Source: Utricularia gibba
Lineage: Eukaryota; Plantae; Magnoliophyta
NCBI GenBank assembly: GCA_002189035.1
Contig: CM007992.1
Location: 62,001 to 126,000, forward strand
DNA length: 64,000 nucleotides
Direction of reading: 5' to 3'
In this document: piece after piece, positions 41,091 to 55,338 of the stretch
Layout: each line of letters opens with the position of its first letter
Numbering within the stretch: position 1 is the stretch's first letter
Position numbers and translations under genes: made by a program
Notes under the pieces: generated by a model
Database searches by the model: none
What the model was told of the DNA's origin: nothing
Seen by the model: only the letters and a program-made list of their open reading frames with translations

Positions 41091-42004
41091 TATATGCTCC
41101 GCTTGAGCTATGTGGGCTGCATGTTGGATGTTTGGCAGCAGCTCCCTTCTCCCCACTTTTATAGACACCAAGGCGGCCAAAAAGAGGGAGCTTTTTTATA
41201 TGTTGTATCGCTGCTATTCACCCCTTTTGCGCTGGTTATAAAATTCCCATTATTGTTGGCAATTGTTCCAGCAACAACCAAAGAACACAAAAATGGGGGT
41301 TTGATTGATGAAGTGCACATGCCACGCCACATGGCCTATGCAGACAGGCAACCGAAGGTTAACGTGGTGGCGCCTGCCTGCTCGAGTGCGGCGGGGGGCT
41401 CAGGTGGGGAGTCGGCTTCAGCCGGTTGCGCATCCGCATCACTCGCGGCTGAATGAATCAGCGCTACCGAGGAGGGGGGCGGGGGCGGGGGCTGTGCCCA
41501 TCATCCCATGTGGCCGCCTGGGACCCGGCAGCTGCAGCAGCTGAGTTTCCGGCCAAGATAGCCGACGTAAGCGCTAAATCCTTATCCACGAACCATGGTC
41601 ACTTCAGAGAAAGGCCATTCAAGGACAATCGGCACGTGGTCATTGATTCCCATGTATGTGGTGGGCCCAGGCTTACCTCCAGATTGATATCCACACTCTC
41701 AAGTGAGAGTTGGTATGGACTACCATTTTGACAAGATTTCACTCCACTTGGCTCTAACTCTTTAACTGGGCACTGAAAATGTGTGATGCAGTGAGAGCTA
41801 AGGGGACGACGGAGAAGCCCACATGCATGTTACAGGAAATACTGGGAGGAGCCCAAGTTGAATGCTAAATCGGGCCGACACGATGCCCAAGGTCCGCTTC
41901 GCCTTATCCGTTAAGAGGGCCGCTGCTCTGCATCTCTCCGCCTTCTTTCTCCGTTCCGGCGACACCTCCCTATGAACCCATATCCGAGTTCCTTGTGATC
42001 ATCA

Positions 42005-43721
42005 ATGGCGGCGTTGTCCAGAATCCCGTGCCCGATAGGTACAAAATTGCCTGATGGTAATCGTTTTCTTAAGGCAACCTCGTTTCCGTCGCAGCTTAGG
42101 TTTCTAAGGTAGCACTATTATTTCATGATATCTTGCCCTTTTGATCCATATTATGGAGTTTGAAGGGGGAATTGGGTTTTCCTTCAGGCTTCCAAGCGTA
42201 CGCGTCGGGAATGGAAGCGTTGTGTGTGCGGCATTTTCTGCCACTGGGGGTTCCGGCGCTGATAGCAACGACGCAAACCCATACGAGGCATCATCTCTCG
42301 TCCTTTTTTGTATTTTTGGGTCTTTTTTTTTCTCTTTGGTACTTATAGGATGGTTGCCTTCCCAGGTTCTTGGCGTTAATCCTCTTGAGGGATTTGATAT
42401 GATGAAGGCAGCTTATGCTAAAAGGCGCAGAGATGCTGAGAAGCGAGGTGATGAAGGTGAAGTAGCCCAGGTATGATTTTCTTTTTTTTTCATTATGCTA
42501 TCTTTTGATGTGAAAAAAATCACATTTGCAGTGAAATCTGCCATTTTTCAGTTGGAAAAAGCATATGACAAGATAATGATGGCTCAATTGTCTAAGCGGA
42601 AGAAGGGTGAGACATACGGTTCATTTAAGGTGATTCTCAGTTTTGATTATGCTATTTACTACCCATTTTCTTGTCTAGATCTTCTTTTTTCTCTTGCTAT
42701 TATTGGTGGCTTACTTGAATTTCAGGTTTCTAAAGATATAAAGTACGCAGATAAGCTGCCGATTGTTCCATGGGGCCCGAGGTAGTGTTTTCTAGCTTTC
42801 GATTTTTTCCCTGTGTGGAGTCCTTTGATCGAAATATACGCACTTTGAGCTGATATCTTTGTAAAAAGGCTCATTTTTTTACGGTGTTATTACCCGGTTC
42901 CACATACATTCTTACAAGCGTGCATAAAAAGGTAAGACCTTTTCATCTACTTTTGTGATTTCTGTGTAGGTATGCCAAGTCTGAGATCAAAGATGTTCGA
43001 ATCAACTTGGCAATAGCAGCAGTATTTGTGCGTAGCAACGAATTGCAAATCCATATTATCATAAGCTGTGGTTTTTTTTACTACCCCATCCTGTCTTGCT
43101 GATTCCTCTTCTGTTTCCACAGACTGCTTGGATTGTAGCCACCCGGGCTGCAGAGTATAAGCCTTTGCAATTTCTAGGCTTCGTTTTCTTTTACCGTATA
43201 TTTGAGAAGCTAAAGTCTTTCGAGCCAGCTGCATCGTCATCATTTTCAGTTACGTTGCCCACTTCTCACTCAACGTTCCCCTTGATCACACTCACAGTCC
43301 CTTAAACATTGTCTTGTTCAGGAGGATGGTGAGGACGAAGGAAGAATGATGCGAATGGGGAAACGGCTACTCCGATCCTTGGCTCTTGTCTTTGGCGCTA
43401 TAGCCTTTTCATCTCTGGTAAGCCATATAACCAGCCCTTAATGGATGCTAAGTTTACATGCCTGCACCAGCAACTCATCCCTTAACCGATCCTGAATCAA
43501 TTTCGTTTTCAGGGTTTCACTGCTGTCCTTAACTTGTGTGAAATAGCCACTGGGTTTGTGCCGGTGTTCTTGTACAGCAACCAGGTAATGCTCACTTCCT
43601 GCCATCCCCTGGGAGACACTCACACAGAGGCTTAGCTCTGGCATGGTTGTGCTTGCAGGAGCTGCTTGTGACTGTGTCTTCTGCGCTGATGCTCCACGTC
43701 TTGGCCTCTTACTACAGATGA
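42005..43721 (+). CDS. Chloroplast J-like domain membrane protein (DUF3353 family, CJD1-like); multi-exon
   Basis: NPYE|VLGVNPLEGFDMMK, LEKAYDKIMMAQL, VSKDIKYADKLPIVPWGPR and YKPLQFLGFVFFYRIFEKLKSFE, ending LASYYR*. Confidence 0.85.
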
Positions 43722-44420
43722 ATCAAGGAAGCAGAATCACATTTTTGTTAGAAACTTGGAGTCTTTTCTTCTTCTTGGAAAACCCAATGGCAAGATCTAA
43801 GATTTCGGAATCAACCTGAGATCGGATGGCAGAATCATTTAGAAAATTGATCATTTTATGATGTGTGTGTGATGAAAATGATCATCTTTACTTGGGTGAC
43901 ATGGCAATGGGATGATGGCTGTTGAAATGAAGAAGCATATCGTTTTCGATTTAGTTAATAATATTTGGTAATGAATGACGTGAGGGGTGCAACGGTAAAG
44001 GATTTGGGCCTGTTTTCCCCGTTTTGGAAAGTGGGCTTTGGTTCGGGATTGCTTTCTGCTTCGCAAATTCCGAGCCTGGAAAGGTAAAGAAAAAAAGATG
44101 ACTAGTCATATAATTCCATCGTCATCAAGGGGCTCTCTCTCTCCGCTCTTCTGCCTACAATCCACCGCCTTTTGTGTGTTCGAGGGTTTGGAAGAATTGG
44201 ATCTCGCAGCAGCCCGATTTTTGTTCTTTTGTGCTTGCTTTGCGTTGATTTTCGTCGCATTTGAGGATCTCCATCTGCATCTGTTGAGTGGGAAAGATTA
44301 GCCGTTTGGATTGGTTGCTTGGGCCCGGCTGTTTGGGCTTCCCTCCCTTTGATGGTTCATGAAGCGTTGGAATATCGCATCGGTTTTTGTTCTTGTGTAA
44401 TCTGAAGGATCTTTCCAGTT

Positions 44421-47400
44421 ATGGATTTGGATTTCAATGGCGACGTCGCAAGCTTGGATGCCGAGCTTTTGCAGCTTCCGGAGGTGTCTCCGTTGGCCAT
44501 CAAAGCCAACTCTTTTGTGGCGGAGAAGCTCTTCGATCAGTGGCTATCTCTTTCTGAAACCAAGTCGATGGTAATCCGTTTTCTTTTTTTTTTTTTTTTT
44601 TTGGGAAGCTGATTATTAGCTGGGTCAGGATCTTGCGGTTGTGCTTTTGCAACGTTGGATTGCATGACTGGTATTTAGAAAATATATTCTGATATTCCCG
44701 AGATGTCATTTTCATATTATATCTTGTTCAAAGGGACGTCAGATGAAGAAGGGGCATATTATTGTACAAATTAATATGTTTTCCAGTACGGTTGGAATAC
44801 ATCTCATCTTTGTATGAATTGTAAGGTAGTCTGGTTGTTTTGGATTCTCCTCGTTTTGGCTTGCAGAAATGTTTCCTTTAATGGTTGGATTCTCTAGTTA
44901 AATCATTGAAGTGTATTTTTATAGTTCTTGTCATTTCCGTTTGTTGAATTGGAGACAAATTGTATTTACAGTCTCCCATATGTAAATTATAGGTAAAGTC
45001 TTTGCTCAATATTGCTGAAACTGGTGGTCCGTTGAATATCTCTGGAGCATCATTTAGCACCAACACTGGGGCAAACAATTCAATGCCTTCAATATTTCCG
45101 GCGGGAAGTACGCCACCGCTTTCACCAAGGAGTTCATCAGGTTCACCCCGGGTCATGAAACAAAGGGCTGGGCCATCTGCTCTAGGTTCACCTTTAAAAT
45201 TAGTTAATGAGCCTGTCAGGGAATTTATACCTCAGGTATTGTTATGTTCAGTATTCAGTGCTTGTTGATGATTACAGTTTTCCGTGTTATCATCATGTTT
45301 TACCTGTTTTCATTACTATTATTGTAATTATCGATTTTAGTCGTTTTCATATTCTTGATGTCAATTTTATAAACTACAGTTCTACTTCCTTGATGGTCGC
45401 CCTGCACCAAATGAATTGAGAGAGAGATGCTTGTTTATAATTAACCAATTTTTTTATGGTCACACAGATGGTCTCCAAGTGAATGGTCAGATATTTTCTG
45501 TACTCATAATGCTTTTTTTCTTTATTTGTTAGTCGTTGTTGAAATATGAGTTAGTAGCTCTTTTCAATTTCAAATGAGGATTTGGTGGGTCAGCAGTAGT
45601 ATCTCTTTTTCCCCATGTTCTTCTTTGCAGACTTCAAACCGATAACCAAGGAAATCTGCAAGCTACCTTCATTTTTCTCCTCGGTGCTTTTCAGAAAAAT
45701 TGACTCGGGTGGCAGTGGTGTTGTTACCAGGTAGGTGCTCCTGTTCTCTATTATTCATCCATAAAATCTGATATTATCTGTATTGGATTTCTATTTTGTT
45801 TAACGTTCATACATCATTCAAATGTGGCTGCATGTTAAATTTTCATGGGTATTTTCGCAACCCTGTAATGATTTAATGCATGAGCTGCGCTCAACATATA
45901 TTGTATAATTAACTTGTCCATGGACATCAACAGAGATTCCTTTGTCAATTACTGGGTCAATGGAAACATGCTGACTAAAGATATTGCAATGCAAGTGTAC
46001 ATGATACTGAAGCAGCCAGAGGCCAGATTTTTGGTCCAGGTTGCATACAGATGGCTGCGCCCCTTAGCAATTTTTTTAGTTTCACACTTTTAATGAATTT
46101 GATTCACGTTGGGAGTGTCAAATGATTGTAGGAGGACTTTAAACCATTGCTTCGGGAACTTTTAGCATCTCATCCAGGGTTGGAGTTCTTACAAAGTACC
46201 CCTGAATTTCAAGAAAGATACGGTAAAGTTGGATATTGTTTGTTTGTATAAACTTTTCATCCTTGCGTCATTTAATATATTTTCAGCCTGCTGTTCATTT
46301 TCATCTTCAGTATAAGTAGGAGTTTAGTATGTGTGGTAATAGGTCAACATTTCGTTTTCTTCATTCCACATAAGCTATAAGCGAGATCCGGTTTTATTTC
46401 TGTCTGCTGAATCTCTTTTGTTTTTTATTGAATTAACCTCTAGTATGTTGTCATCTCCAGCTGAAACGGTAATATACAGGATATTTTACTACGTGAATCG
46501 AGCGGGTAATGGTCGGTTGACTTTCAGGGAGCTGAAGCATTCTAACTTAATTACGGCAATGAAACATGCAGATGAAGAAGAGGATATTAACAAAGTACTG
46601 AGGTGATTACATTAAAAACCCTTGGCTTGTGTTGCATTTTCCTACTTGTGATTATTCCCTAAAAGTGATACTTTTTACTGGGTTGTGCTGCTGCCTGGGA
46701 AGTTCCTATCCTCATGATTGTTTTGAAGCTCTGATTATAATTACTATGTGAACGCCCTGCTGGATGCTGACATTACGTCCTTTAATGCAGATACTTCTCT
46801 TATGAACATTTTTATGTGATTTACTGCAAATTTTGGGAGCTAGATACCGATCATGATTTTCTTATCGATAAAGAGAATCTCATCAGATATGGCAATCATG
46901 CACTTACCTATAGGATTGTTGACAGAATATTTTCACAGGTTTGTGTTTTTTCGGTACCTTGTCCACATCTACATTTCTTAAGTGCTGGCCTATTGATTTC
47001 TGAGCATTGTCAAAGGTACCCAGGAAGTTCACATGTACCGTTGAAGGAAAGATGGGATATGAGGATTTTGTCTACTTTATATTGTCGGAAGAGGATAAAT
47101 CCTCTGAGCCGAGTCTGGAATACTGGTTTGCTATGTTTCTTCCGTCTTTAACTTTAATGAATTACATTTATTATGTGTTATCTCCACTGTGAGTGCATTT
47201 TTGAATTGTGAGTCATTCATTGCTATGATGACCTGCCAAGATTTACATCTGAGTTCGCCAAAAATGTTGTATGAGTGCTGCTACTGTAGCCCCTAGAAAG
47301 TGATGCTGAAGGCTCATAGTTTTTGCTCAAATTCTTTTGCTTTGGTAGAAAACCAAAAAACCGTGGGTCAGAAATATTACACCTGAACCCAAAATGGAAT

Positions 47401-48433
47401 TGAATATCATGCTATATAAGTACATATATCCTGAAAATATTTTTATTTATATTTACAGATCCAGACTTCAATTAGTAGTTTTTGATGATTTCGTCTTGTA
47501 CTAATCAATTTACACTGCATATTCATTTTCTACCAATATAGTCTTCAACTTATCCAAGTGCAATGCTTTGAAGATGTTTTGTTTTTTCCTGCTGTCACTC
47601 TATTCAGGTTCAAGTGTATAGATTTGGATGGAAATGGAGTTATTACACGCAATGAAATGCAATTTTTTTATGAGGAGCAGCTGCATAGAATGGAATGTAT
47701 GGCACAAGAGCCTGTGCTTTTTGAGGATATTTTATGTCAGATAGTTGACATGATAAGTCCAGAGGTGAATTCGCAGAATATTTGTGCTGTTTTTTTGCTG
47801 GGTTATATTGTCGTATTGTACTATACTGCCGTGGGTTTTTTTGTTTATCTATGAAGGCTGTATACATGAGTCGTTCAACTAACAGCTAGCGTTCTCTTCA
47901 TTTCATTTTGCATGTCAAGTTCACATTATCAGGTTCTGCATGTAAATCATTATATGGGGAACTGTGATTTAGGGAAGGGCTTTGGATTTGCGAAGAAACA
48001 TGTCCTTTACAAACAACCTAGCATGATCCGTAATTTTCATGGGTGATATGACCAATGCACGTTTGAAGTGATTGCTTCTTCTGCAGGACGAGAGCTATAT
48101 TACATTACGTGACTTGAAGGGAAGCAAACTCTCTGGAAGTGTCTTTAATATCCTCTTTAACCTAAACAAGTTCATGGCTTTTGAAACTCGTGACCCATTT
48201 CTAATTCGGCAGGTAAAGTGATGCATTCATTATCTATATGCTTTAGTAAGAATGCGGAAGTTTTTTTCTTGATTTTCCTTTTAACGCTGCAGGAACGTGA
48301 GAACCCACATTTGACCGAATGGGACCGCTTTGCTCACAGAGAATATATTAGGCTTTCAATGGAAGAAGATGCGGAAGATGCTTCAAATGGAAGCGCAGAT
48401 GTCTGGGATGAGTCTCTTGAGGCTCCTTTTTGA
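44421..48433 (+). CDS. PP2A regulatory subunit B'' (EF-hand); multi-exon
   Basis: [51 protein letters not shown] and [17 protein letters not shown]...WDESLEAPF*. Confidence 0.93.
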
Positions 48434-49123
48434 GTTCTTTTTGTAAGAACTGCTGAAACATTTGAATCTTTTCATATTGAGGCAGCAGCCACAGGATGCC
48501 CATATTTGTTGAAGTAACAAACTCAACAATAACCGTAAAATTGGAGCCGTCTGTTAGCATTGTTCATTGAAACTATGTGATGCTATCTTCCCCAAGTATA
48601 ACGAAGAATGTCTTTTTGTTTTCAGGTGTCCATATGAAATTCTTTGTATCAGGTGGATGTAGATCAGAAAGCAGTGTTTTCATTCAGCGTTCCGATGGAG
48701 CAGGCCACCCTTTGGAATCTCGTCCGCAATGGGTGAGAAGCACCAGTTTTATGTTATGAAGGCAGACTGGAAAAAAGGTCTCAGCTCCTATACCTTCTGC
48801 AGGCTCATATCTAACCTCCCCCGACGAAAAGGTGATGCTGCTATTCATGGCTGCATCATCATTTGTTCTCAGCTGCTCATAGGCGGCCGGAGGCGTCGGC
48901 TGACTTGTCTTAGTTTAGCTGTGCTCCTGGTGATGCTCCTCTTGTTTGTAAGAAAACGCTGCTTATTCCAGTACTTCATTTCATATGGTTTTCAACCTTC
49001 ATTCCGAAGTTGGAGGACTATGAATTGAACTTTTGCCAGCTTACTTCTTATGACGAACGGCACCGCCGCCGGACTCTGTTGTGGCCTACGACTCTCGCCT
49101 TTTTTGTTTTTTTCATTTTAGTT

Positions 49124-49254
49124 GGTGTGTTGTCGTGGTGAATATGAACGGACACAGAGGGGTAATGAAGTAAATAATGATGCAGTAAAGAATGGGTGTG
49201 TTGTCGTGATGAATATGAATGGATACAGAGGGGTAATGAAGTAAATAATGATGC
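49124..49254. repeat. 60-bp direct duplication, 71-bp period
   Basis: 49124-49183 versus 49195-49254, with three mismatches. Confidence 0.9.
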
Positions 49255-49260
49255 GTGCGA

Positions 49261-49962
49261 TCACTTAGTGAAACTTCCAGCGGTAAAAGTAGCTCCCACC
49301 GTGATTTCACCGCGGTAGCTGAGATCACTGAAGACGACTCTGAACTTCTGTGGATGGAGTTCAGCTCTGCCGCGCTCCATTCCTTGCCGGATCACCTCAT
49401 CCAAGTAAACGCTGCAATGCAGTAGCATCTTCACCCGTCAGTAAGCATTCTAACAACAAGGGTTTTCTGATACAACTGTATATATACATACGTGGCTTGG
49501 CCGAGGCAATCGTCCTCGGAGAGGCCGTCGTGATCCATGAGTTTGATGACGAGCCGGTGCTGGTCGTCATCCCCCGCGCCAGAACCCTCCACCTTGAACT
49601 TGAACGTCTCATTCCACACGGGGTTGCTTCCTCGCCCTGCCCATCCATCACACATAAATAAATTCCTCGTCTGCGTGTTGCTTCCATTGAAAAGGGGAGA
49701 AGAAAACCTTTGATCGCTCAACTCACCATGTAGACATAAACAGAAGAGACGGTCGAGAGAAAACGAACCCGGCCCCCCGATCCCACTCTTCTGCTCCTGG
49801 TTTCCGTACTCAACAACCGCGTAAGCATCCAACGTACCTGCAGCCGATGGCAGCTGAGAACCAGCAAGAAAACAGCAACCAAATGTGTATACAAAACTCA
49901 CCACAGAAGGCAGAGTTCCTGAGCCCTTTAGCTCCAACAAGAGTGACCTCCAGTGTTCCCAT
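49261..49962 (-). CDS. Small C2-domain (elicitor-responsive-like) protein; 4 exons
   Basis: MGTLEVTLVGAKGL, DAYAVVEYGNQEQKS, NPVWNETFKF, LVIKLMDHDGLSEDDCLGQAT|VYLDEVIRQG...YRGEITVG. Confidence 0.85.
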
Positions 49963-50498
49963 ATTGAAACTCATAGCAGAAGCAGTCTAGACGTCTGTGT
50001 GCTGATGGTTTAGAGGGAATATGTCTGTGCATATATAGACAGTTGAGACATGGGAAAGTTACACGCGCAGTCGTTGCTCTTCGTGTTTACCATTAAACGG
50101 TCTTGGGATTTTGAAAGTCAGCAATCGGGCTTCACACAGGCCCCGTCTAGCGAAACCCACATCCTACTTTGACCGTCTATCTGCTCTGGGTGTTGCCTCC
50201 CATGACTGAGTCCAGATTTTTGATACAGGCAATTAATTCACAAGATGGCTGATTAAAGGGGTGGAATGAGTCACTTTTGTGTTATGTTTCTTGTAATAAT
50301 TGAGTTTTGTGACGTGCTTATTACATATAAATTCAATGACTAGGTTTAGGTCTTCCAAGCCAAGGCTGGGGAGGCCTGGTCAGGTCAACCAACGCGGCTC
50401 GGGGGGCGAAATTGAAAATAACGTAAAACTGGGATGCGTTTGATAATAGATGGAAGAGTGTGGGCGGACTTGTAATTAGATAGTAAATGAGGGGTCGT

Positions 50499-50612
50499 CG
50501 AAGTATCTTCGTTATTCCGGAACTCTCTGGAGGGAACCAGAGTGGGGGTGGCAAACCACCGAATGGAACGCGCAAGAACTTTCTAGGCTCAAGTAGCGAA
50601 CGCTATATATAT
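50499..50612 (+). promoter_or_regulatory. Heat-shock elements and TATA box of HSP70
   Basis: TTCcgGAActCTC at 50515-50527, GAActTTC at 50576-50583, and a TATATATAT run near 50604. Confidence 0.55.
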
Positions 50613-50723
50613 GTGTAAGCGTCTCCTGACCTGCTTCATAGTTGCAGTTTGATAAGATTTGTTAGGCATCAAGCCTCGGCGTTTTTAAGTTCGCACTGAG
50701 TTTCTGCGTGCTTGTTGTTGATA

Positions 50724-53055
50724 ATGGTGGGAAAAGGCGAAGGACCGGCGATCGGAATCGACCTTGGAACGACTTACTCCTGCGTCGGAGTATGGCAGCA
50801 CGACCGGGTGGAGATCATTGCGAATGATCAGGGGAACCGTACCACTCCGTCGTATGTGGCGTTCACTGACACGGAGCGTCTCATCGGAGATGCGGCCAAG
50901 AACCAGGTCGCCATGAACCCTATCAACACGGTTTTCGGTGAGTCGGCGTTTTGAATTCTTCATTTCTTGCTATGGGATTTTGTTGCCTGCGATTGAATTC
51001 TTATGTTTGTATTTTATTTCTTTCCGTGTGCGATGCTCCATTATGTTCGATAATCTGATTAAACATTCAAGTTTCCGGGGGAATCTTGTTGCGGTTTCTG
51101 TAATCAAGGAATGAATGGTTGTTGGATGTTTATACTGAACCGCATAGTTTAGTTTTCCTTTCAATGTTTTTGGGTTTCATGCGTGTTTGTGCCTGAACGA
51201 AGCGCGAGTGTTTCAGTAGGATATCGAGGCTAGATCTTGCCTTTTGAGTCTTAATACTGGTGTCCAAAGCAACGTGCTGTTGGTTCAAGTTACTTAGTGT
51301 TGGATTTCTGTTGCAGATGCGAAGAGATTGATCGGTCGTAGATTCAGTGACACATCAGTGAAGGACGATGTCAAGCTCTGGCCATTCAAGGTCGTCGCTG
51401 GGCCTGGAGATAAGCCCATGATCGTGGTCACTTACAAGGGAGAAGAAAAACAGTTTGCGGCTGAGGAGATCTCTTCCATGGTTCTAATCAAGATGAAGGA
51501 GATCGCTGAGGCCTTTCTTGGGACTACCGTAAAGAATGCCGTGATCACAGTGCCGGCATACTTCAACGATTCTCAGCGTCAGGCTACAAAAGATGCAGGG
51601 GCCATTTCTGGTCTCAATGTTATGAGGATAATCAACGAGCCCACTGCCGCAGCTATCGCATATGGTCTGGATAAGAAGGCTACCAGTTCTGGCGAGAAGA
51701 ATGTGCTCATATTTGATCTTGGCGGCGGCACCTTCGATGTCTCTCTCCTCACCATCGAGGAGGGTATCTTTGAAGTTAAAGCCACGGCTGGTGATACTCA
51801 TCTCGGAGGAGAGGATTTCGACAACCGGATGGTGAGTCATTTTGTTCAGGAATTCAAGCGGAAAAACAAGAAGGATATAAGTGGAAACCCGAGAGCACTC
51901 CGAAGGCTACGAACAGCCTGCGAGAGGGCAAAGAGAACCCTGTCTTCCACTGCCCAGACAACGATTGAGATCGATTCCCTGTTCGAGGGCATCGACTTTT
52001 ACACCACGATCACACGTGCGAGGTTTGAGGAGCTGAATATGGATCTGTTTCGAAAGTGCATGGAGCCGGTGGAGAAGTGCTTGAGGGATGCGAAGATGGA
52101 CAAGAGCAGTGTGCATGATGTTGTCTTGGTGGGAGGCTCCACCAGGATTCCCAAGGTGCAGCAGCTTCTGCAGGACTTTTTCAATGGGAAAGAGCTATGC
52201 AAAAGCATCAACCCTGATGAAGCCGTGGCTTACGGTGCAGCTGTGCAAGCAGCAATCCTAAGCGGTGAAGGGAACGAGAAGGTCCAGGACCTGCTCTTGC
52301 TGGATGTCACTCCGCTGTCGCTTGGCCTTGAGACAGCGGGCGGTGTCATGACCGTTCTGATCCCGAGGAATACCACTATTCCCACGAAGAAGGAGCAGGT
52401 CTTCTCTACCTATTCCGATAACCAGCCTGGAGTTTTGATTCAGGTGTTTGAAGGCGAAAGAGCAAGAACCCGTGACAACAATCTGCTCGGGAAATTTGAG
52501 CTGTCTGGAATCCCGCCGGCGCCTAGAGGTGTTCCACAGATAACCGTTTGCTTCGACATTGACGCCAACGGTATCCTGAATGTTTCTGCGGAGGACAAGA
52601 CGTCGGGTCAGAAGAACAAGATCACCATCACCAACGACAAGGGAAGACTCTCCAAAGAGGAGATTGAGAAGATGGTGCAGGAAGCTGAAAAGTACAAATC
52701 CGAGGATGAGGAACACAAGAAGAAGGTAGAGTCCAAGAATTCGCTGGAAAACTACGCTTACAACATGAGGAACACAATCAAGGATGAGAAGATTTCCTCG
52801 AAGCTCGACCCGGCAGACAGGAAAAGGATTGAGGATGCCGTTGAAGGAGCCATCAAGTGGTTAGACTCAAACCAACTGGCCGAAGCTGAGGAGTTCGATG
52901 ACAAGGTGAAGGAGCTGGAGGGCATTTGCAACCCCATCATCGCCAAGATGTACCAGGGCGGTGGCGGTGGAGGTGTTCCCGGCATGGATGAAGACGACCC
53001 CGCACCTCGCGGCTCCACCGGTGGTTCTGGCCCCAAGATTGAAGAAGTTGACTAA
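50724..53055 (+). CDS. HSP70: Cytosolic HSP70; one intron (about 50938-51316)
   Basis: [34 protein letters not shown] and C-terminal GPKIEEVD. Confidence 0.97.
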
Positions 53056-53750
53056 ACTTCCACCTCAAAACAGTTGCTTGTGATTTTCTGCCGAGCTTGT
53101 TGCTACAATGGCTGTTGTGTTCTTGCAAAATTTTCTACATGAAAGGACCCCCCTTGTTTTGTACACACGCAGATCATCCTTGTAGGAGACGCAGATACAG
53201 CAGAATGTATCAGAATGGCATCCCGTCCCATCTCAGTACGCACTGAAATAAAAACAGGGGAAGGGAAGCAAGCTGCCACTGTGTTTCAGGCGAGAATCCC
53301 AACTCGTGCCACCCGTGCTTCTTCTTCTCATCTGTCTTTTCCCTTGCGACATTTCCTGCTTCGAGACTCGTTCAAAACAAACAAAACCTCATTCACGCTT
53401 CACAACCCCTGTTTTGTTTTGTGTGAAGAATGAGTGAAATGCTTCCATGGTTTGCTCCTTTTTTTTTGTAGTAATTTGAATTGATTATTGTACTGTTTTA
53501 GCTGAATATTATTTCCCACCTCTCACCCATTGAATGCTTTACCGGCCTCAGCACCACACCACCACTCTCCCTTTTTCCTTAGCGAACACATTTACCTCTT
53601 CATCTGCTATTTTATCTACCTACACAGGTGGTCCTCAATCGCCACTTCTTCCTGCTCAAACGCTTCTGCATTTAATTGGGTTTCTTTTTTCCTTTATGGA
53701 AGAAAGACTGGGATTTTGTCCCTGAATTTCGAATTCTTTTGCAGGGTAGC

Positions 53751-54722
53751 ATGGAGAGTTTGAACTCTGTTCAGGAGATTGTCGCCGTCGATGACAGTAA
53801 TGATGTCTCCGGCGATGATTTATTTGTCGACCAGTTACTGGATTTCTCCCAAGGATTCTACGACGCGGAGTTGCCGTCGCAGAAGTTGGAGGAGGTTGAC
53901 GAAGAGAAAGATAAAATTTTTCCAGTTTCGGAGAAACCGCCGGCGCCATTGGGCAATGTTCTTTCGTCAGACACTGATTTGGATCCTCTCATTCAACCGG
54001 TGAGTGGAAAAGAAACGGTTCCTGAGGTGAAAGGTAAAGGGGAGAGTAACTCAAATTGAAATGGTGTAATTGCTTTTTTTCTTTCTTTCTTCCTTCAGGT
54101 TGATGAGTTGGAAAGTCTGGAATGGCTTTCCCATTTCGTGGAAGACACATTTTCCGACTTCTCCCTCACAGGAAAACTGCCAGAGAAAATGGATGCTCCG
54201 CCACAGGAGAAAGAGACAGTTGTTTCGGTGGTTCAAACAAAAGCCAGAACGAAAAGACCCCGCGCCGGAACGCGTGTATGCCCAATCTTATCTTCTCCTC
54301 CTGCAGACTCGACAACCAGTTGTTCCTCCTCATCTTCTTCATCCCCAACATCCTTCATATCTCAAAGGATCACCTCCGAGAAACCCCTCACCAAGAAGAC
54401 GAAAACGCAACCCTCGGAGGACTCCGGCGCGACCGGGGGGCAAACACGCAAATGTAGGCATTGTGGGGTCACGAAGACGCCGCAGTGGAGAGCTGGTCCT
54501 CTGGGTTCCAAGACGCTCTGCAACGCATGCGGGGTGAGGTATAAATCAGGGCGCCTGTTGCCTGAGTACCGGCCAGCGTGTAGCCCGACGTTTTCCAGTG
54601 AACTGCACTCGAACAACCACCGGAAAGTAATGGAAATGCGACGGAGAAAAGAGATGGGAATGGAAGCCGGCGGGGAGGTCCAAGTTTTTGAATTTATTCT
54701 GCAGGTGGGAAAAAGAAAGTAG
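53751..54722 (+). CDS. GATA zinc-finger transcription factor (class A); 2 exons
   Basis: [22 protein letters not shown] and [35 protein letters not shown]...HSNNHRKV. Confidence 0.92.
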
Positions 54723-55058
54723 ACACTACAGTGCGCCGTAGGAATGGACCGGGAAGAGCGTATCGTAGACGCGGCGTCGTGGTGTAACCAACCATGTTTG
54801 GGATATGCTCCTTGTTCACGGTTCAATCATTTATTTGTATGCAACTTCAGAGCTTGAGAGAGAAATGAGAAGAGGGCGGGAGCTTCTGAGATGGCGATCA
54901 AGTAGCTGTACCCACTTTCCCCAATGAAGAAGAATTAGTGAATGCTATGGCTCTTCATCTCTTCAACAAGAGTGTTATTTGAAAATTATGTAATCTAAGC
55001 CATTTAAAAAAAAAAAAAAAAACCAGTGACTAGAAGGTAAAAAAAGGGGACCCACAGA

Positions 55059-55131
55059 CGCCCACCGTGGGGCTCGAACCCACGACCACAAGGTTAAGAG
55101 CCTTGCGCTCTACCGACTGAGCTAGACGGGC
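55059..55131 (-). tRNA. tRNA-Lys (anticodon CTT)
   Basis: Reverse complement GCCCGTCTAGCTCAGTCGGTAGAGCGCAAGGCTCTTAACCTTGTGGTCGTGGGTTCGAGCCCCACGGTGGGCG (73 nt), with A and B boxes and a downstream T7 terminator. Confidence 0.97.
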
Positions 55132-55338
55132 TTGGTGATAACACTTTTATAATTATTATATACCTTGTATTACTTCTATTTGTATTATCTGACGCCGCTG
55201 GCACAAGATGATAGGCTGACTCCTTGTGGCCGCAGAAGGGTTATCTTTCTCCTGAACAGAACCGAGTTTTGTACAAGTTTTTAAAATAAAAGTTTCCGGG
55301 CGGGGAGCCATCTTGCTATCGTCGAGGATAAGGAAAAA

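Noticed and set aside
51484-53128. Many antisense or alternate-frame ORFs over HSP70, and likewise over PRP3, BRI1, oleosin and STS
   Set aside because: They are shadows of codon bias in real genes and have no independent motifs.
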